DNA of 64,000 nucleotides from a virus: the IMG/VR virus record IMGVR_UViG_3300046464_000709, positions 1-64,000 of that record, one strand, 5' to 3'. Shown one piece after another: positions 1 to 10,689 of this stretch. Both the position numbers and the translations under genes were made by a program. Below the pieces are notes generated by a model. The model was given only the letters and a program-made list of their open reading frames with translations. It was not told the origin of the DNA and searched no databases. Every line of letters starts with the position of its first letter. Position 1 is the first letter of the stretch.

Positions 1-766
1 CTGCACCATCTAAAATGCCATCATCATCACTATCTGAATCGCTTGGGTCTGGATCGATAGCATCATCTAAACCATCACTGTCTGCATCAACTCCAGATTG
101 AGCTGGATCACTTGGATGAGAATCTGCGCCGTTTAAAATACCATCTCCATCCGAATCTTCACAAGCCCCGAACACATTAATAACGCCCCGCATATGAGAA
201 TGAGACTCGCACTGGTATTGGTATTTATCAACTTCCGTGTCGCACGGAACCTCCCACGTTAACGTATATGAGCCATCGCTGTTGTCTACTCTGACTACAT
301 CAGTCCGCTTTGTTCCGTGTTGACCCTGATCATTAAATTCAGTTATTTTTATAGGATGCGTTTGAAGATCTGCGGTGTGACCCACGACCGATATTGAAAG
401 CGTAGAACCACGAAGAGCGCTTATGCAACCAAACGCACTACCTGCTCCGCCAGAATCTCTTGTCGTGTACTTAAATCTTGAAGTGCTTGTCTCAACGTCA
501 TACTCAGAATCTACAACAATAGAAAGAGGTGAAGATACGCACGACCCACCAAGAGAAAGATCTGGCAATTTATATATTACGGCGTCGCTTTCGCCAGCAG
601 TTTCTGTGCAAACATAAAGAACGGGACTAGCGCCAGTAACCAGAAGCATCTCTCCGCAAATAGCATCGTTTTTAGCATTCTCTATATCTGAACCTGTACG
701 GATTTTAATTCTGTATTCAGTGTTATTTAAATACTGTCCACTGTAGTTTATTTCTTCTGGGTTCAT
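1..766 (-). CDS. Virion-associated protein (partial, runs off window) with cupredoxin-like domain and Asp-rich thrombospondin-type-3-like repeats
   Basis: Not in ORF track because no stop is reached. Own translation from ATG 766: MNPEEINYSGQYLNN...THPIKI...YQYQCESHSHMRGVINV...DSDGDGILNGAD...DADSDGLDD...DSDDDGILDGA; frame open to window edge. Confidence 0.8.
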   Translation of the reverse strand, partial: MNPEEINYSGQYLNNTEYRIKIRTGSDIENAKNDAICGEMLLVTGASPVLYVCTETAGESDAVIYKLPDLSLGGSCVSSPLSIVVDSEYDVETSTSRFKYTTRDSGGAGSAFGCISALRGSTLSISVVGHTADLQTHPIKITEFNDQGQHGTKRTDVVRVDNSDGSYTLTWEVPCDTEVDKYQYQCESHSHMRGVINVFGACEDSDGDGILNGADSHPSDPAQSGVDADSDGLDDAIDPDPSDSDSDDDGILDGA

Positions 767-767
767 G

Positions 768-3668
768 TTACAATCCTTTTCCTATGAGTGGTGAAGATGG
801 CCTGAGGCCGTAGTTTTTATTGTCTATATCTATGAAGTCTAAATTATTGAAATATTCAATGCCGCTTCGTTGGTTTGTGATATTCTCAGAAGCGCAACTT
901 ATTAAAACTGCACCGTGCCCAGGCATTATACAATCGGCCCTAGGATACTTTGCATAGAAAATAGTATTTTTTATTATGCCACTATTCGCATGAGTTAAGA
1001 AGCTTTGTGATGGAGCGCGATCATTATGGTCAGTAAAAATGCAGTTTCTTATATTTACTGGACCTGAGTTGTTGAAAATGGAAGTATTTTGCCCTGTTGC
1101 GACTTCAAATATAGAACCTGTAGCTGTAACTGAAAGGGCACCCACTTGTCTGTTGCACAGCAAATGGATAGAATCAAAAACATAGTGACACACTGGTACA
1201 TGCGTGAAATGATCTTTAGCTAAGAGTTTTATGTTTTTAAACCTAAGGGTAGGATCCTTCCCTGCAGAATTTATCCTCCCACTATCTGTAAAAATGGCTT
1301 GATGCATGTTTTCAGCTACCATGGTGATATTATTGCCCACATTATCATCTTGCAAAATGGCACTAGTCCATATATATGTACCATCTTTGAAAACCAATTG
1401 ATTGCTAGAGCTTTGCGCCGCAGCAAGAAAAGCTGCAGAGTACTCGTCCCAATAGAATGGATCATCTTCAGTTCCTGAGCCGGTGCCAGATCCTGTTTGC
1501 ATCCAGATCGCATCGGCTGGGTATTTACTTTGAGTAATTCCGCCAATAAGTGGGGAGTCTGGACGAAGCCTTAAGTCATTATCATGAGGCTCTGTAGCGA
1601 TAAATCTAGGATCCGTGATTGTTACTCCATCCGCCCATTTATTACTAACAGATACAGAAGCTGCTGTAGAATAAACAACAACATTTTTAACCTCTAAGTT
1701 ACTGCTGCTATAATTACTGCCGAACTGATTTGTGATATTGTTTTTTGAATAAATAATACAGTCCTTGATGTATGAGCCTGGGTATGAACCGAATGAAGTC
1801 TGTAAAAATGAGCTAGGCGATGATGATCCGCCTACCAAGGATGTAGTTCTATTTAAATCTACGAAAGTACAACTAGTGAATTGTTTTAAGCCCCCGCTAG
1901 AGCCTACCAAGGAGCTGGTGCCACTAGTATTGCTAGACATAGATACATTAATTGTACAACCAGTCATCTTTAAGTACTCCCCGCTATCATTAGAGCCTGA
2001 ACTTGTAGAATAATCAAAAAGTTGACTACTAATAGCACCGAGGTTGGGGCTTTGGGTTACATTTACATTGATATATTCCGCTCTGCGGGCACAAATCATG
2101 CCCCTATTGATAGAACCAGAATTATTAAGCAAAATATCAAAATCTTTAAAAAGAAAAGGGGTATTTCTACAGTTTGGGTTAGAATTACTTGACTGAGACC
2201 CAAAAGCACCGAAGGCTATAATGCCACTTGAAGATGAGTCGAATACAGATTCAGGCCCCATTCCTATAAATTTTATTCCATTTGAATATGCTTTAAGTAA
2301 ATCATTGCCTGGACTGAAAGATCCTGAACTATCTGGAGAGCCAGAAAAAAGTGTATGTTGACCCTCTTTTATTAAGATAACAGCCTCTTCACCAGTAAAA
2401 GAATTGATCGCTTCGCCGTAATTATTATATGGGGTGTCCCAAGCCCCATCACCATCATCAGCGGCGCCAGAATCAAACCACTTACCTTGAGGGTATTGGT
2501 TTTCTATTTTAGATCTTTTATCTTTGGATTCTATTCCCCCAATCAAGGGAGAACTTGGACGTAAGCGAAAATCGCCAGATTCCCGGTCAACAAAAAGAGG
2601 ATCTGCCACAATACATACCCCGTAAGTGGTACCATCATCTGGTGCAGGCGGCGGAACACTTGAATCGTAGCAGTAAATTAAATTGTTTTTGCTAGGATGG
2701 GGAGCTCCTAATCTGAAGCTATTCGAACCAGTGTATCCAGAGGTAATAAATGCAAAAATACATTCGCTAATTTCAAGGCCCGTACTTGTATTTAAGGTTA
2801 GTGGTGTATACTGGGCAGACGTCGCTCCCATATAAAAAGTAGAATTTTTAAATTGTGATAAACTTCCTCGATGAGTAGCTGATTGATAACCAACGAGTGT
2901 TAATGATGTATTTGGTAGGTTAAAAACCGTATTTTTGACATTAAGGTGGCTATTTACATTGCCAACTCTAAAAGTAGCAGGTGTATAGGCGGTTCCTTCA
3001 CCCTGGTCTGTAATAACGCAAGAATCAAAACCAAAAACTTGGTTACTCCCGTGAAAGTATTTCGTTCCAGATATTAAAAATTTAATCCCAGTCATCATTG
3101 AAACCTCTAGAGCATTTTTTTCGAGTTGTGTAGAGGCCTCATTGCCTTGAAAGATGTATTGATAATAGCCAGTGGTACTAACAGATACTTTTCCTTTGTT
3201 TTTAGCCGTAAAACTAAGTTTATCAATTGTGAAACCTTTTTGGTTGTCGTTGTATTCGCCGTCTGCGAAAATAAGCTCGCCATGCTCTGTACCTTGTGCA
3301 GTGGCTTGATTCCAAGTGAATCGATGAGATCCAATTCCAGCATACCTGCCAGCTTCATATTCTAAATAAACTTCATTACCAGCACTATTGCATATAGATC
3401 CATCTACAGCATAACAAGGGTACTCTTCGGATGAACCTGCTAATACCCAATTACTTGAATCATCAAATGGATATGTTGTTGAATTATTACCATTTACACA
3501 TACATATATCCTGTTATGAGAATTATCTATGGCTCCACCTCCCCCCACAAAAACAGAATCACTAAGTGATACTCTATCGCCAGGGGCATAGGTAGTAGTC
3601 CCTGAATCAGACCATGTTGTTATGGAATAAAGGTTTGATGGAATAGTTTCTATATAAACTTTAGCCAT
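768..3668 (-). CDS. Tail spike/fibre with three tandem beta-helix-like modules
   Basis: 966 aa; three modules end in DPLFVD..DFRLRPSSPLIGG, DPRFIA..DLRLRPDSPLIGG and DFID..NYGLRPSSPLIGKG; DUF1565-like starts (GDGAWDTPY, GSGTEDDPF); N-terminal W..TTYAPGDRV..IYVC resembles a carbohydrate-binding module. Confidence 0.7.
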   Translation of the reverse strand: MAKVYIETIPSNLYSITTWSDSGTTTYAPGDRVSLSDSVFVGGGGAIDNSHNRIYVCVNGNNSTTYPFDDSSNWVLAGSSEEYPCYAVDGSICNSAGNEVYLEYEAGRYAGIGSHRFTWNQATAQGTEHGELIFADGEYNDNQKGFTIDKLSFTAKNKGKVSVSTTGYYQYIFQGNEASTQLEKNALEVSMMTGIKFLISGTKYFHGSNQVFGFDSCVITDQGEGTAYTPATFRVGNVNSHLNVKNTVFNLPNTSLTLVGYQSATHRGSLSQFKNSTFYMGATSAQYTPLTLNTSTGLEISECIFAFITSGYTGSNSFRLGAPHPSKNNLIYCYDSSVPPPAPDDGTTYGVCIVADPLFVDRESGDFRLRPSSPLIGGIESKDKRSKIENQYPQGKWFDSGAADDGDGAWDTPYNNYGEAINSFTGEEAVILIKEGQHTLFSGSPDSSGSFSPGNDLLKAYSNGIKFIGMGPESVFDSSSSGIIAFGAFGSQSSNSNPNCRNTPFLFKDFDILLNNSGSINRGMICARRAEYINVNVTQSPNLGAISSQLFDYSTSSGSNDSGEYLKMTGCTINVSMSSNTSGTSSLVGSSGGLKQFTSCTFVDLNRTTSLVGGSSSPSSFLQTSFGSYPGSYIKDCIIYSKNNITNQFGSNYSSSNLEVKNVVVYSTAASVSVSNKWADGVTITDPRFIATEPHDNDLRLRPDSPLIGGITQSKYPADAIWMQTGSGTGSGTEDDPFYWDEYSAAFLAAAQSSSNQLVFKDGTYIWTSAILQDDNVGNNITMVAENMHQAIFTDSGRINSAGKDPTLRFKNIKLLAKDHFTHVPVCHYVFDSIHLLCNRQVGALSVTATGSIFEVATGQNTSIFNNSGPVNIRNCIFTDHNDRAPSQSFLTHANSGIIKNTIFYAKYPRADCIMPGHGAVLISCASENITNQRSGIEYFNNLDFIDIDNKNYGLRPSSPLIGKGL

Positions 3669-5242
3669 TAGAATGATCCTCCGTCAATTAGTAGCGGCGC
3701 GGGGTTAGCCCCCACAGAAGGGGACTGAAAGCCCTGCCTAACTGGTAGTCCGTTAGTTCCGATAGAATCGCTGTTACCATTAATTACAGAATAACTTTCT
3801 CCGTCAGTATGTACAAATTCAATATCTTCTGGGAACTCTGCGCTATCAACCTTCACTGCAATGCCTAGAGCTATAGCATTATTAGGAGAAACCTCTTCAT
3901 CTCCACCTATCAAGTGCGCCACTCGATTGCCAGCCGCGTCTATTTTAAATAAAATAAAAGAACTCTCATCAGAATAAATTCGCGTATCAACTGGATTAAT
4001 AGAGTGGTAACCTATATCTGTAGCGCCCTTTACCTTAAAATCGTTAAATCTATACCAGCCAGAAGCCAGCGAACCTTCTCCGGTTGTCCCTACTACGAAC
4101 CGCTGTTGATCTGTTAGTAATTTAAATTGAAGGTCTTGGTTTGAGTTCTCAAGCACCGCAGAAGTTCCTAGTCCTAACTTGTCGGCAGTAAGAATGGTTA
4201 CAGGGTTACCTTCTACATCTTGAACTTGCGGAGTTTTTGAGAAATACAAACTTTGCGGGTCGCCTGGATCGGGCTTTACCTCTGCAGCTCCAACCATAAT
4301 TCCACTAGCTGGAAAATGAATAATCCCCTGATCGTCGACCGATAAACTGGCTTCCCCTAGATTTATACCACTAGGAATTTGCAAGACTCCATTGCTATTC
4401 GATAGGGTTAAATCTCCCAAATGAAGGGAATTATTGTGCAAGTATAAATCTCGAACTTTTTTGCTTGCAGACCCAATATCAAACACCTCGCTTTCCGAAG
4501 GTAAAATATTACCACTAAAATTAATTCCGCCAGCCACCTCCAACTTCGCACTAGGAGTCGTAATACCAATACCTACGTTGCCACCAAGAACATTTAAATA
4601 TGAATTTCCATTATTTCTGAGTAAGCATTGGTATTCTCCATCTTTATCTCTTACAGATAAGAATGCAGAATCATCAGTTAAATGACCAATTTCAGATGTA
4701 ATATTTCCAAGAGAATTTCTAACAACAATTGCCTCTTGCTGGGAGGAGGTTTTAATATCCAATTTAGCAAGAGGACTCGTAGTACCAATACCTACGTTGC
4801 CTGCCTGAGTGATAATCATTCTTGCCTGATTAGCATTATCGTCAGCAAAGAAACCTAATTTTCCACCAGCGCCAGCATTCCAATGATCCGCAGTTGTATG
4901 AATGCCCCAGGTTCCTCCGTTAGTAGAAATATTTGACAGTCTAAGTTGCCCCGAAGCTGTTGCAGAACCATTTCCGTGATCATCAATTATATGTAACTTC
5001 GCGCCAGGACTCGTAGTACCAATACCTACATTGCCGCCTGTGTAAAAAACATCTCCTGTGGTCGCCGCATCTTCCCATTTGCCACCTAGGCCTCCTGAAT
5101 CCCCTGTGGAAACTGCAACTCCGCTAACGTATAAACCTTTATTGAAATGGCCGCTATCAAAATACGCATCTCCCCAGGTGACATCCTCTATTCCAATTCC
5201 TCCTTCTCCGCTTGCTTGTGGTATTAAATTTTTTGTAGCCAT
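3668..5242 (-). CDS. Tail fibre protein with GNVGIG repeats
   Basis: Three GNVGIG(T/I)T..P.AKL repeats typical of phage fibres; lies in structural operon. Confidence 0.75.
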   Translation of the reverse strand: MATKNLIPQASGEGGIGIEDVTWGDAYFDSGHFNKGLYVSGVAVSTGDSGGLGGKWEDAATTGDVFYTGGNVGIGTTSPGAKLHIIDDHGNGSATASGQLRLSNISTNGGTWGIHTTADHWNAGAGGKLGFFADDNANQARMIITQAGNVGIGTTSPLAKLDIKTSSQQEAIVVRNSLGNITSEIGHLTDDSAFLSVRDKDGEYQCLLRNNGNSYLNVLGGNVGIGITTPSAKLEVAGGINFSGNILPSESEVFDIGSASKKVRDLYLHNNSLHLGDLTLSNSNGVLQIPSGINLGEASLSVDDQGIIHFPASGIMVGAAEVKPDPGDPQSLYFSKTPQVQDVEGNPVTILTADKLGLGTSAVLENSNQDLQFKLLTDQQRFVVGTTGEGSLASGWYRFNDFKVKGATDIGYHSINPVDTRIYSDESSFILFKIDAAGNRVAHLIGGDEEVSPNNAIALGIAVKVDSAEFPEDIEFVHTDGESYSVINGNSDSIGTNGLPVRQGFQSPSVGANPAPLLIDGGSF

Positions 5243-5291
5243 AATATTAAGATTGTAATGTTATTATATATGCCTTATATATACACACATA

Positions 5292-6185
5292 TTAGACAGG
5301 AGAATCAGTCGGATATATATTTCCATCAGAACCCTCTTGAAAATATTGCGTAAATTCTGATTCGGATATAGCCCCTGATTCTCTTAACCTATAGCTATTC
5401 CCAGGAACCTCCTCCCATAATTCAATTGATGGATCCTTAGATTCAAAACTTGAGCTCCTTAATGATAGATTATTAGACCCATCATCCTCGAACCACTGAA
5501 CAGAAGATGACGTAGAAAGTTTATTTCCATTTATTATTAAATCCAAAAATAAATCATTCTCCTGAACCTCGGACGAAAAAGATACAGAAAACCCTGTGGT
5601 ATTTATTCCGTACGTCATAAGTGCATAGTGACCAACAGGAGGAGAATCAAGTCTTGATCCTAAAGAAATAGCTATTTTAGGTTTACTCTGAAAAACCTTA
5701 CCAACCCCTAAGCCTTCATAAGAAAACGAAAGATTATTTGTTCCAAGCGGCACATTAACAGAAGAAGAAAAAGAGCTTGAAGAAACATCTTCCAATTTAC
5801 CTGACAGTCCACTTAGTTCTTGTAATAAATTAGATACTCCTTCAGCAAGATCAGAAGAAGTTCCCGAAGAAATAATGTCTAAAGAATTTTGCAGCTCTCC
5901 AGAGAGGTTCACCAAATCTTGAGATATAGCAGAAATGCCGCTAGAGAAATCAGACGAAATATCAGAAGAGAATTCCCCAAGTGAGTCTCCTAACTTTCTA
6001 GTGAAAGCCCAATCTGTAGAATTATTTTCTCCAGTTTTTTCGTATAAAAAATTGTTTTCAAGGTCTATGTACTCAGACCCAACAATACCTGCGGCCTTAT
6101 CGCTATCAGAAGGAGGCCCAGAGTCGAGAATTAAAGGCTTCCTTATTCCTAGATTAGCGTTAACGAAAGTTTCGAAAGCGCCCAT
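5292..6185 (-). CDS. Putative structural protein
   Basis: 297 aa Ser-rich ORF directly downstream of portal in the same operon. Confidence 0.55.
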   Translation of the reverse strand: MGAFETFVNANLGIRKPLILDSGPPSDSDKAAGIVGSEYIDLENNFLYEKTGENNSTDWAFTRKLGDSLGEFSSDISSDFSSGISAISQDLVNLSGELQNSLDIISSGTSSDLAEGVSNLLQELSGLSGKLEDVSSSSFSSSVNVPLGTNNLSFSYEGLGVGKVFQSKPKIAISLGSRLDSPPVGHYALMTYGINTTGFSVSFSSEVQENDLFLDLIINGNKLSTSSSVQWFEDDGSNNLSLRSSSFESKDPSIELWEEVPGNSYRLRESGAISESEFTQYFQEGSDGNIYPTDSPV

Positions 6186-6187
6186 CT

Positions 6188-8173
6188 TTAATCCCTCCTA
6201 TCGCTGTGGTATAAAAGCGCGGCAGAATAAAGATCTAAGCCGTGACTAATAGATATAGACTGAACCTCGGACCGAGCAGATAAAGATTCAATTTTATCAG
6301 GATTAGTTAAGCATTCCTCCAGCATTGATTCCCATTTGCTGCTCGCTGATGAAACTATAACTGACTCGCAAAGATCATCAATCATTTTTTTCTCAAATGA
6401 CTTAAGACTTTTCTTCTTGAGCTTCTGCCGCATTTGCTTGTAGCCCAAATTTCGCAAAGCTTCGGTTTTGTAAACAGTTTCTTGAATCCCCTTCCTTGAA
6501 TACAAATCGCTAGAATCAGACGCTTGATCCTGCGGAATACCGGAGGTTCCAATCGGCCTACCTACTTCTTTTTTGCTTTGATCCAGCCCGGCTCCTTCTT
6601 CTGGCCCTGGACCAACCATAGGAACTCCGCCAACTATAGGGTTGTACATACCCTCCTTCCTTTGATCTATATATATTTTTTGCGCAGACTCCATACTCTC
6701 AGGCTTAGGGTAAGAGCCTTTTTCCAAAACATCCATTCCTTGCTCAGGAGTAATTATTCCCAGCTCCATTAATCTAGTAGCAACCCTTTGCAGCTGAACT
6801 TCGTCCTTTATGTCAGTTTGCTCAAATTTTACTGTAGGGTATTTCCTAAAACCTAAATTTTGACAAACCATTTTAACTTGAGGCTGAAGGAAATCATAAA
6901 TAAAAGCGTTCCTAGACTCCTCAAGCCGCTCCAGAAATATCTTTGCCTTGACCTGGGTGTTACTATATCTCTCATCACCGACTATTACATTCTGCAAGCC
7001 ATCACGAATGTCGTTATTTATTACTTCGTACTTTGCGGGGCCCACGACCTTACCTATGTCAGGTATAACGAATTGAGCCTTAGTTGTATAGTCGCTAACA
7101 AGAACCCTTCCAACGCTTTCGTTTTTAAAAAGGTTTTGCATCGCCTCCATGTTTCTAGGGTTTATACCTCCCTTATCGGGCTCGGCACCCATAGTTATAA
7201 GTAAGATTACATTTTCTATAGTTCTACATATAGCCTGATCAATTTGCTTCAGCTCTAGCTTAAAATTTATATCATCTAAAACAGGATACCCAAAAGGAAT
7301 AGCAAAAGGTTCATAATCTTGTTTCTTATAGAAGGAGTAAACCAAGTGAGAGGGATCTAACTTAACCTTAATTCCATCAGAGTTATAACCCCCTTTTAGT
7401 ATCTGCTCTTTAATATCTCCGTCGAGAGACTCAAAAACCTGTTGGTCATATTCTGTTTTAGGATTTTTAAGCCGCTCTATATCATATTGGCTTAATATTT
7501 TTTCATACAAACCGCTATCAAACGAAGATCCGTTCTTAGCGACAATATCGTACGGATTAAGCAAAATATATTTTACCGGAAGTTTCCCAGGCTTTAAAGA
7601 AAGAGAGGATCCATAGATTTTTGTTATTTTATCAAAATCGGTTTTGGAAAATTTTCCGTCAACCCTATAAAGAAATATATTCCCACTACGATAATATTCC
7701 CTAAAGTATTGATCCTTTAAGTTCCACAGATTGATTCTTTCAAACCACTTATAAACAAAGTCTCTAGAGCTCTTTGTTCCTCCTTCAAGGTATATTCCGG
7801 AGTTGGCAAATTCAGACATGACGTCGATAGCGTTCCGAAATACAGATATATTAGCGTAAGCCTTCTGACAAAGCTCTATAGAATCTCTAACATTAACTCC
7901 GTCTTGTCCGTATGAATAAGGAAGCATACCTCCAGCAATATTAGAAAACCTGTGCTTCTTATCAGATTTATGAGCTAAATTCCTTCTTGATGCAAATTCG
8001 TCTCCCGCAGATTTCGTTCTGTTATATGCGGCTTGAGACTCTATATAATAGGGCTCCCCAGAAGAAGATGGCTCCGAAGAAAAACTCTTGAGGACATCGC
8101 TTAGATCAGAATTTTCATCTTTCTTAAACTTCTCCCAGTAACTAGAGCTTTTAACATATTTCCTTTTACTCAT
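6188..8173 (-). CDS. Portal protein
   Basis: 661 aa; VFRNAIDVMSEF, FREYYRSGNIFLY and AIPFGYPVLDDI segments resemble phage portals; GTGTA motif 9 nt upstream. Confidence 0.75.
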   Translation of the reverse strand: MSKRKYVKSSSYWEKFKKDENSDLSDVLKSFSSEPSSSGEPYYIESQAAYNRTKSAGDEFASRRNLAHKSDKKHRFSNIAGGMLPYSYGQDGVNVRDSIELCQKAYANISVFRNAIDVMSEFANSGIYLEGGTKSSRDFVYKWFERINLWNLKDQYFREYYRSGNIFLYRVDGKFSKTDFDKITKIYGSSLSLKPGKLPVKYILLNPYDIVAKNGSSFDSGLYEKILSQYDIERLKNPKTEYDQQVFESLDGDIKEQILKGGYNSDGIKVKLDPSHLVYSFYKKQDYEPFAIPFGYPVLDDINFKLELKQIDQAICRTIENVILLITMGAEPDKGGINPRNMEAMQNLFKNESVGRVLVSDYTTKAQFVIPDIGKVVGPAKYEVINNDIRDGLQNVIVGDERYSNTQVKAKIFLERLEESRNAFIYDFLQPQVKMVCQNLGFRKYPTVKFEQTDIKDEVQLQRVATRLMELGIITPEQGMDVLEKGSYPKPESMESAQKIYIDQRKEGMYNPIVGGVPMVGPGPEEGAGLDQSKKEVGRPIGTSGIPQDQASDSSDLYSRKGIQETVYKTEALRNLGYKQMRQKLKKKSLKSFEKKMIDDLCESVIVSSASSKWESMLEECLTNPDKIESLSARSEVQSISISHGLDLYSAALLYHSDRRD

Positions 8174-8266
8174 TCATTATGGTACACAAAAGTTAAAGCA
8201 AAGTCTATTAAAAGTTAGAAGTTAACTTTTAACTTTTGTTTTTTGTAGCGTGTGTATACATTTATT

Positions 8267-8443
8267 ATGTCTAATAAAAAAAACAACCAATGTATAGTCA
8301 TAACTGATAGCGGAGAGATAAAAGGCTCGATTGTGAGCGAATATGAAGAAATAGGGGGCCCGGATGACGGAGCTGTCTTTGCGGTCATAGATCTTGACAA
8401 CGGACAAACCATTACTGTAAAAATGTCAGAAATATCAGAATAA
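8267..8443 (+). CDS. Small hypothetical protein
   Basis: MSNKKNNQCIVITD...; ATG 8267 lies 10 nt after GTGTA (8252-8256). Confidence 0.6.
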   Translation: MSNKKNNQCIVITDSGEIKGSIVSEYEEIGGPDDGAVFAVIDLDNGQTITVKMSEISE

Positions 8444-8464
8444 CAAAAGTGTACAATAACAACA

Positions 8465-8704
8465 ATGAGCAAACACACAGAAAATTCAAACTTTAGATAC
8501 AGCAACGATAATCGAAGACAAAACCCCTCTTCGACAGATTACCCCTCTCAAGACCAAGTTGCGACAAACTCAACAAAAGGCGACCGAAGTTATTACTCAA
8601 ATGACAACGGAGGGCATTACCCCAACTCGAACCGGCCGGACATCTCAACAATAGACCCCGCAAATAAAAAACAGCCGCCAAATTCAAACTATAAAATACC
8701 ATGA
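8465..8704 (+). CDS. Small, probably disordered hypothetical protein
   Basis: 79 aa, N/S/P-rich; GTGTA 11 nt upstream; stop overlaps next ATG (ATGA). Confidence 0.6.
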   Translation: MSKHTENSNFRYSNDNRRQNPSSTDYPSQDQVATNSTKGDRSYYSNDNGGHYPNSNRPDISTIDPANKKQPPNSNYKIP

Positions 8705-10689
8705 TCTTTGCAATATCAACCTTAGTTTCAGCATTAAGCATTTCGATCATTGCTGCGTATTTCAGCATTATCGGACTCGCAACAATTTTTCCAGGATCAA
8801 TCGAGGCCGTCGTTGCCATGGGTATAGCCCTTGAAGTCGGAAAAATCATTGCGGCAATATGGCTCCACAGGAACTGGAAAAGTGCGCCAAAAACCTTAAA
8901 AGCGTATCTATTTTCAGCAATCTTAATTCTTATGGGAATAACAAGCATGGGAATATTTGGCTTTTTAAGCAAATCCCATATTGAGCATGAACAAGATGCA
9001 GAGAAAGCTGCGGCGCTAGTCACTCAAGTAGAAGCAAAAATTGAAAGAGAGAAAGAGTATATTGCCAGACAAAAAGAATTGATTGAAAAAAATGAATATA
9101 AAAATCAAAACTTTAGCGATAAAAGCTCCGAAAACATTAATCTAGAGCAAAATAAAATTAAGCAACTTACCGAACAGCTAGAGAAAGATATAGCGCTAGA
9201 CCAAAAAATGCTTGAGCCTGTAGACCAAAGAATCAAGCAAATGAATAATGAAATTGAAGAGATTAAAAACAAATCAGGAGGATTATTCTCAAGCAAAAAG
9301 AAAGACCTTGAAAGAAAAACGGCAGAACAATCAATTGAACGTCAAGAGTTAAACTCAAAAAAGAAACTGATCGAATCGAGAATATCTAAATATCGAGACG
9401 AAACATCAGCGATTATATCAGATATAAGAAAACGCATACAAGACTACCAAAATATCGGATTCGAAAAGCCAGAAGATCTAGAGAAAAAAACAGAAGAGCT
9501 TAATAAAAACATAGCGAAAGCAAGAGACACTATAGACGAACTTGAGGTAAAAAAGTTTAGCCTAAACGACGGCTCGCGCCAACTAGAGGCGGAAATAGGT
9601 CCAGTAAAATATGTAGCAGAGTTGATCGCAGACTTGACGGGAGTAGAATTTGACACAGGTAAAGCCGTAAGAATAGTTATAATAATATTAATTTTTGTGT
9701 TTGATCCCTTAGCAATATTACTTGTTCTGGCGGCACACATCAGTCTAAGTAAAAAATTTCCAAAGATTGAGCTTGATGAAGCCGCCCTTTTTCTAAAAAT
9801 TGCAGAGATTGAAGATCAGCAAAAAAAACTAGAAGATGACGAATTAAAAATAGAAGAAAGAAAAAAAGATCTTGAGCAAGAGAATAAAATGCTAGAACTT
9901 CAAGAAGGCCAAGTAAAAAAATATAAACAAGAAATATCAGAAAACAAGGAAACTTTAAGGCAATTAAAACTAGAGTCCTGTCAAGAAATATTAAAAAAAG
10001 AAAACACATCTGAAATAACAAAAGAAATCGAAGAGTTGGCTCGACAAAAGGAAAGCGCATCGAGAGAAATAAAAGAAATAAAAATAAATAAAGGCAAGCT
10101 CTTAGACAAAGCTGATCGGGTCGTCAAAAGCGCAAAAGAAATAAAAAGCGTAATAGCCGCGCACGATAAAAATAAAGAGCAAATCAAAGACCTTAAGTCA
10201 GAAGTTTGCTTAAGTTTAAATAAAATAACCGAAATAAAAGCTGAAATTAACGATTTGAAGTTAAAAAATAAAAATCTAGAAAATCAAAACAAAAAATTAT
10301 TAGCTGATTCACTAACTCCAAACAAAGAGCTTGAAAGTAAAATAGCGGACCTAATAAGTCAAAAAAATAAAATCTTAGAAGAAAATCTAAATATAAAAAA
10401 CAAAAAAAGCTTACTAATAAAAATTGAAACCTCAGAAAAAGGAATTTGCTCACTAGAGATACCATCATCTCTCGGAGGAACACATAAATACATACGGCAA
10501 AGTAAATTCGATAAGGATATAATTAACACTCTTATAGGAGTCAGTTTAGAGATCGACGGAGAAGCTGGAACAAAATCCGCTGGAGAGATAAAAGAGATCT
10601 ACGAATCCAAAAGAAAAAAAATAATCGACGCACATCTCAGCAACAGAGAATACAAAAAACAAAACGTATCTTACGAATATATATCTTGA
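8701..10689 (+). CDS. Membrane-anchored long coiled-coil protein (conserved phage family)
   Basis: N-terminal TM helices (ALSISIIAAYFSIIGL; MGIALEVGKI; GITSMGIFGFLSK), coiled coil, TM IIFVFDPLAILLVLAA, then a second coiled coil. Confidence 0.7.
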   Translation: MIFAISTLVSALSISIIAAYFSIIGLATIFPGSIEAVVAMGIALEVGKIIAAIWLHRNWKSAPKTLKAYLFSAILILMGITSMGIFGFLSKSHIEHEQDAEKAAALVTQVEAKIEREKEYIARQKELIEKNEYKNQNFSDKSSENINLEQNKIKQLTEQLEKDIALDQKMLEPVDQRIKQMNNEIEEIKNKSGGLFSSKKKDLERKTAEQSIERQELNSKKKLIESRISKYRDETSAIISDIRKRIQDYQNIGFEKPEDLEKKTEELNKNIAKARDTIDELEVKKFSLNDGSRQLEAEIGPVKYVAELIADLTGVEFDTGKAVRIVIIILIFVFDPLAILLVLAAHISLSKKFPKIELDEAALFLKIAEIEDQQKKLEDDELKIEERKKDLEQENKMLELQEGQVKKYKQEISENKETLRQLKLESCQEILKKENTSEITKEIEELARQKESASREIKEIKINKGKLLDKADRVVKSAKEIKSVIAAHDKNKEQIKDLKSEVCLSLNKITEIKAEINDLKLKNKNLENQNKKLLADSLTPNKELESKIADLISQKNKILEENLNIKNKKSLLIKIETSEKGICSLEIPSSLGGTHKYIRQSKFDKDIINTLIGVSLEIDGEAGTKSAGEIKEIYESKRKKIIDAHLSNREYKKQNVSYEYIS

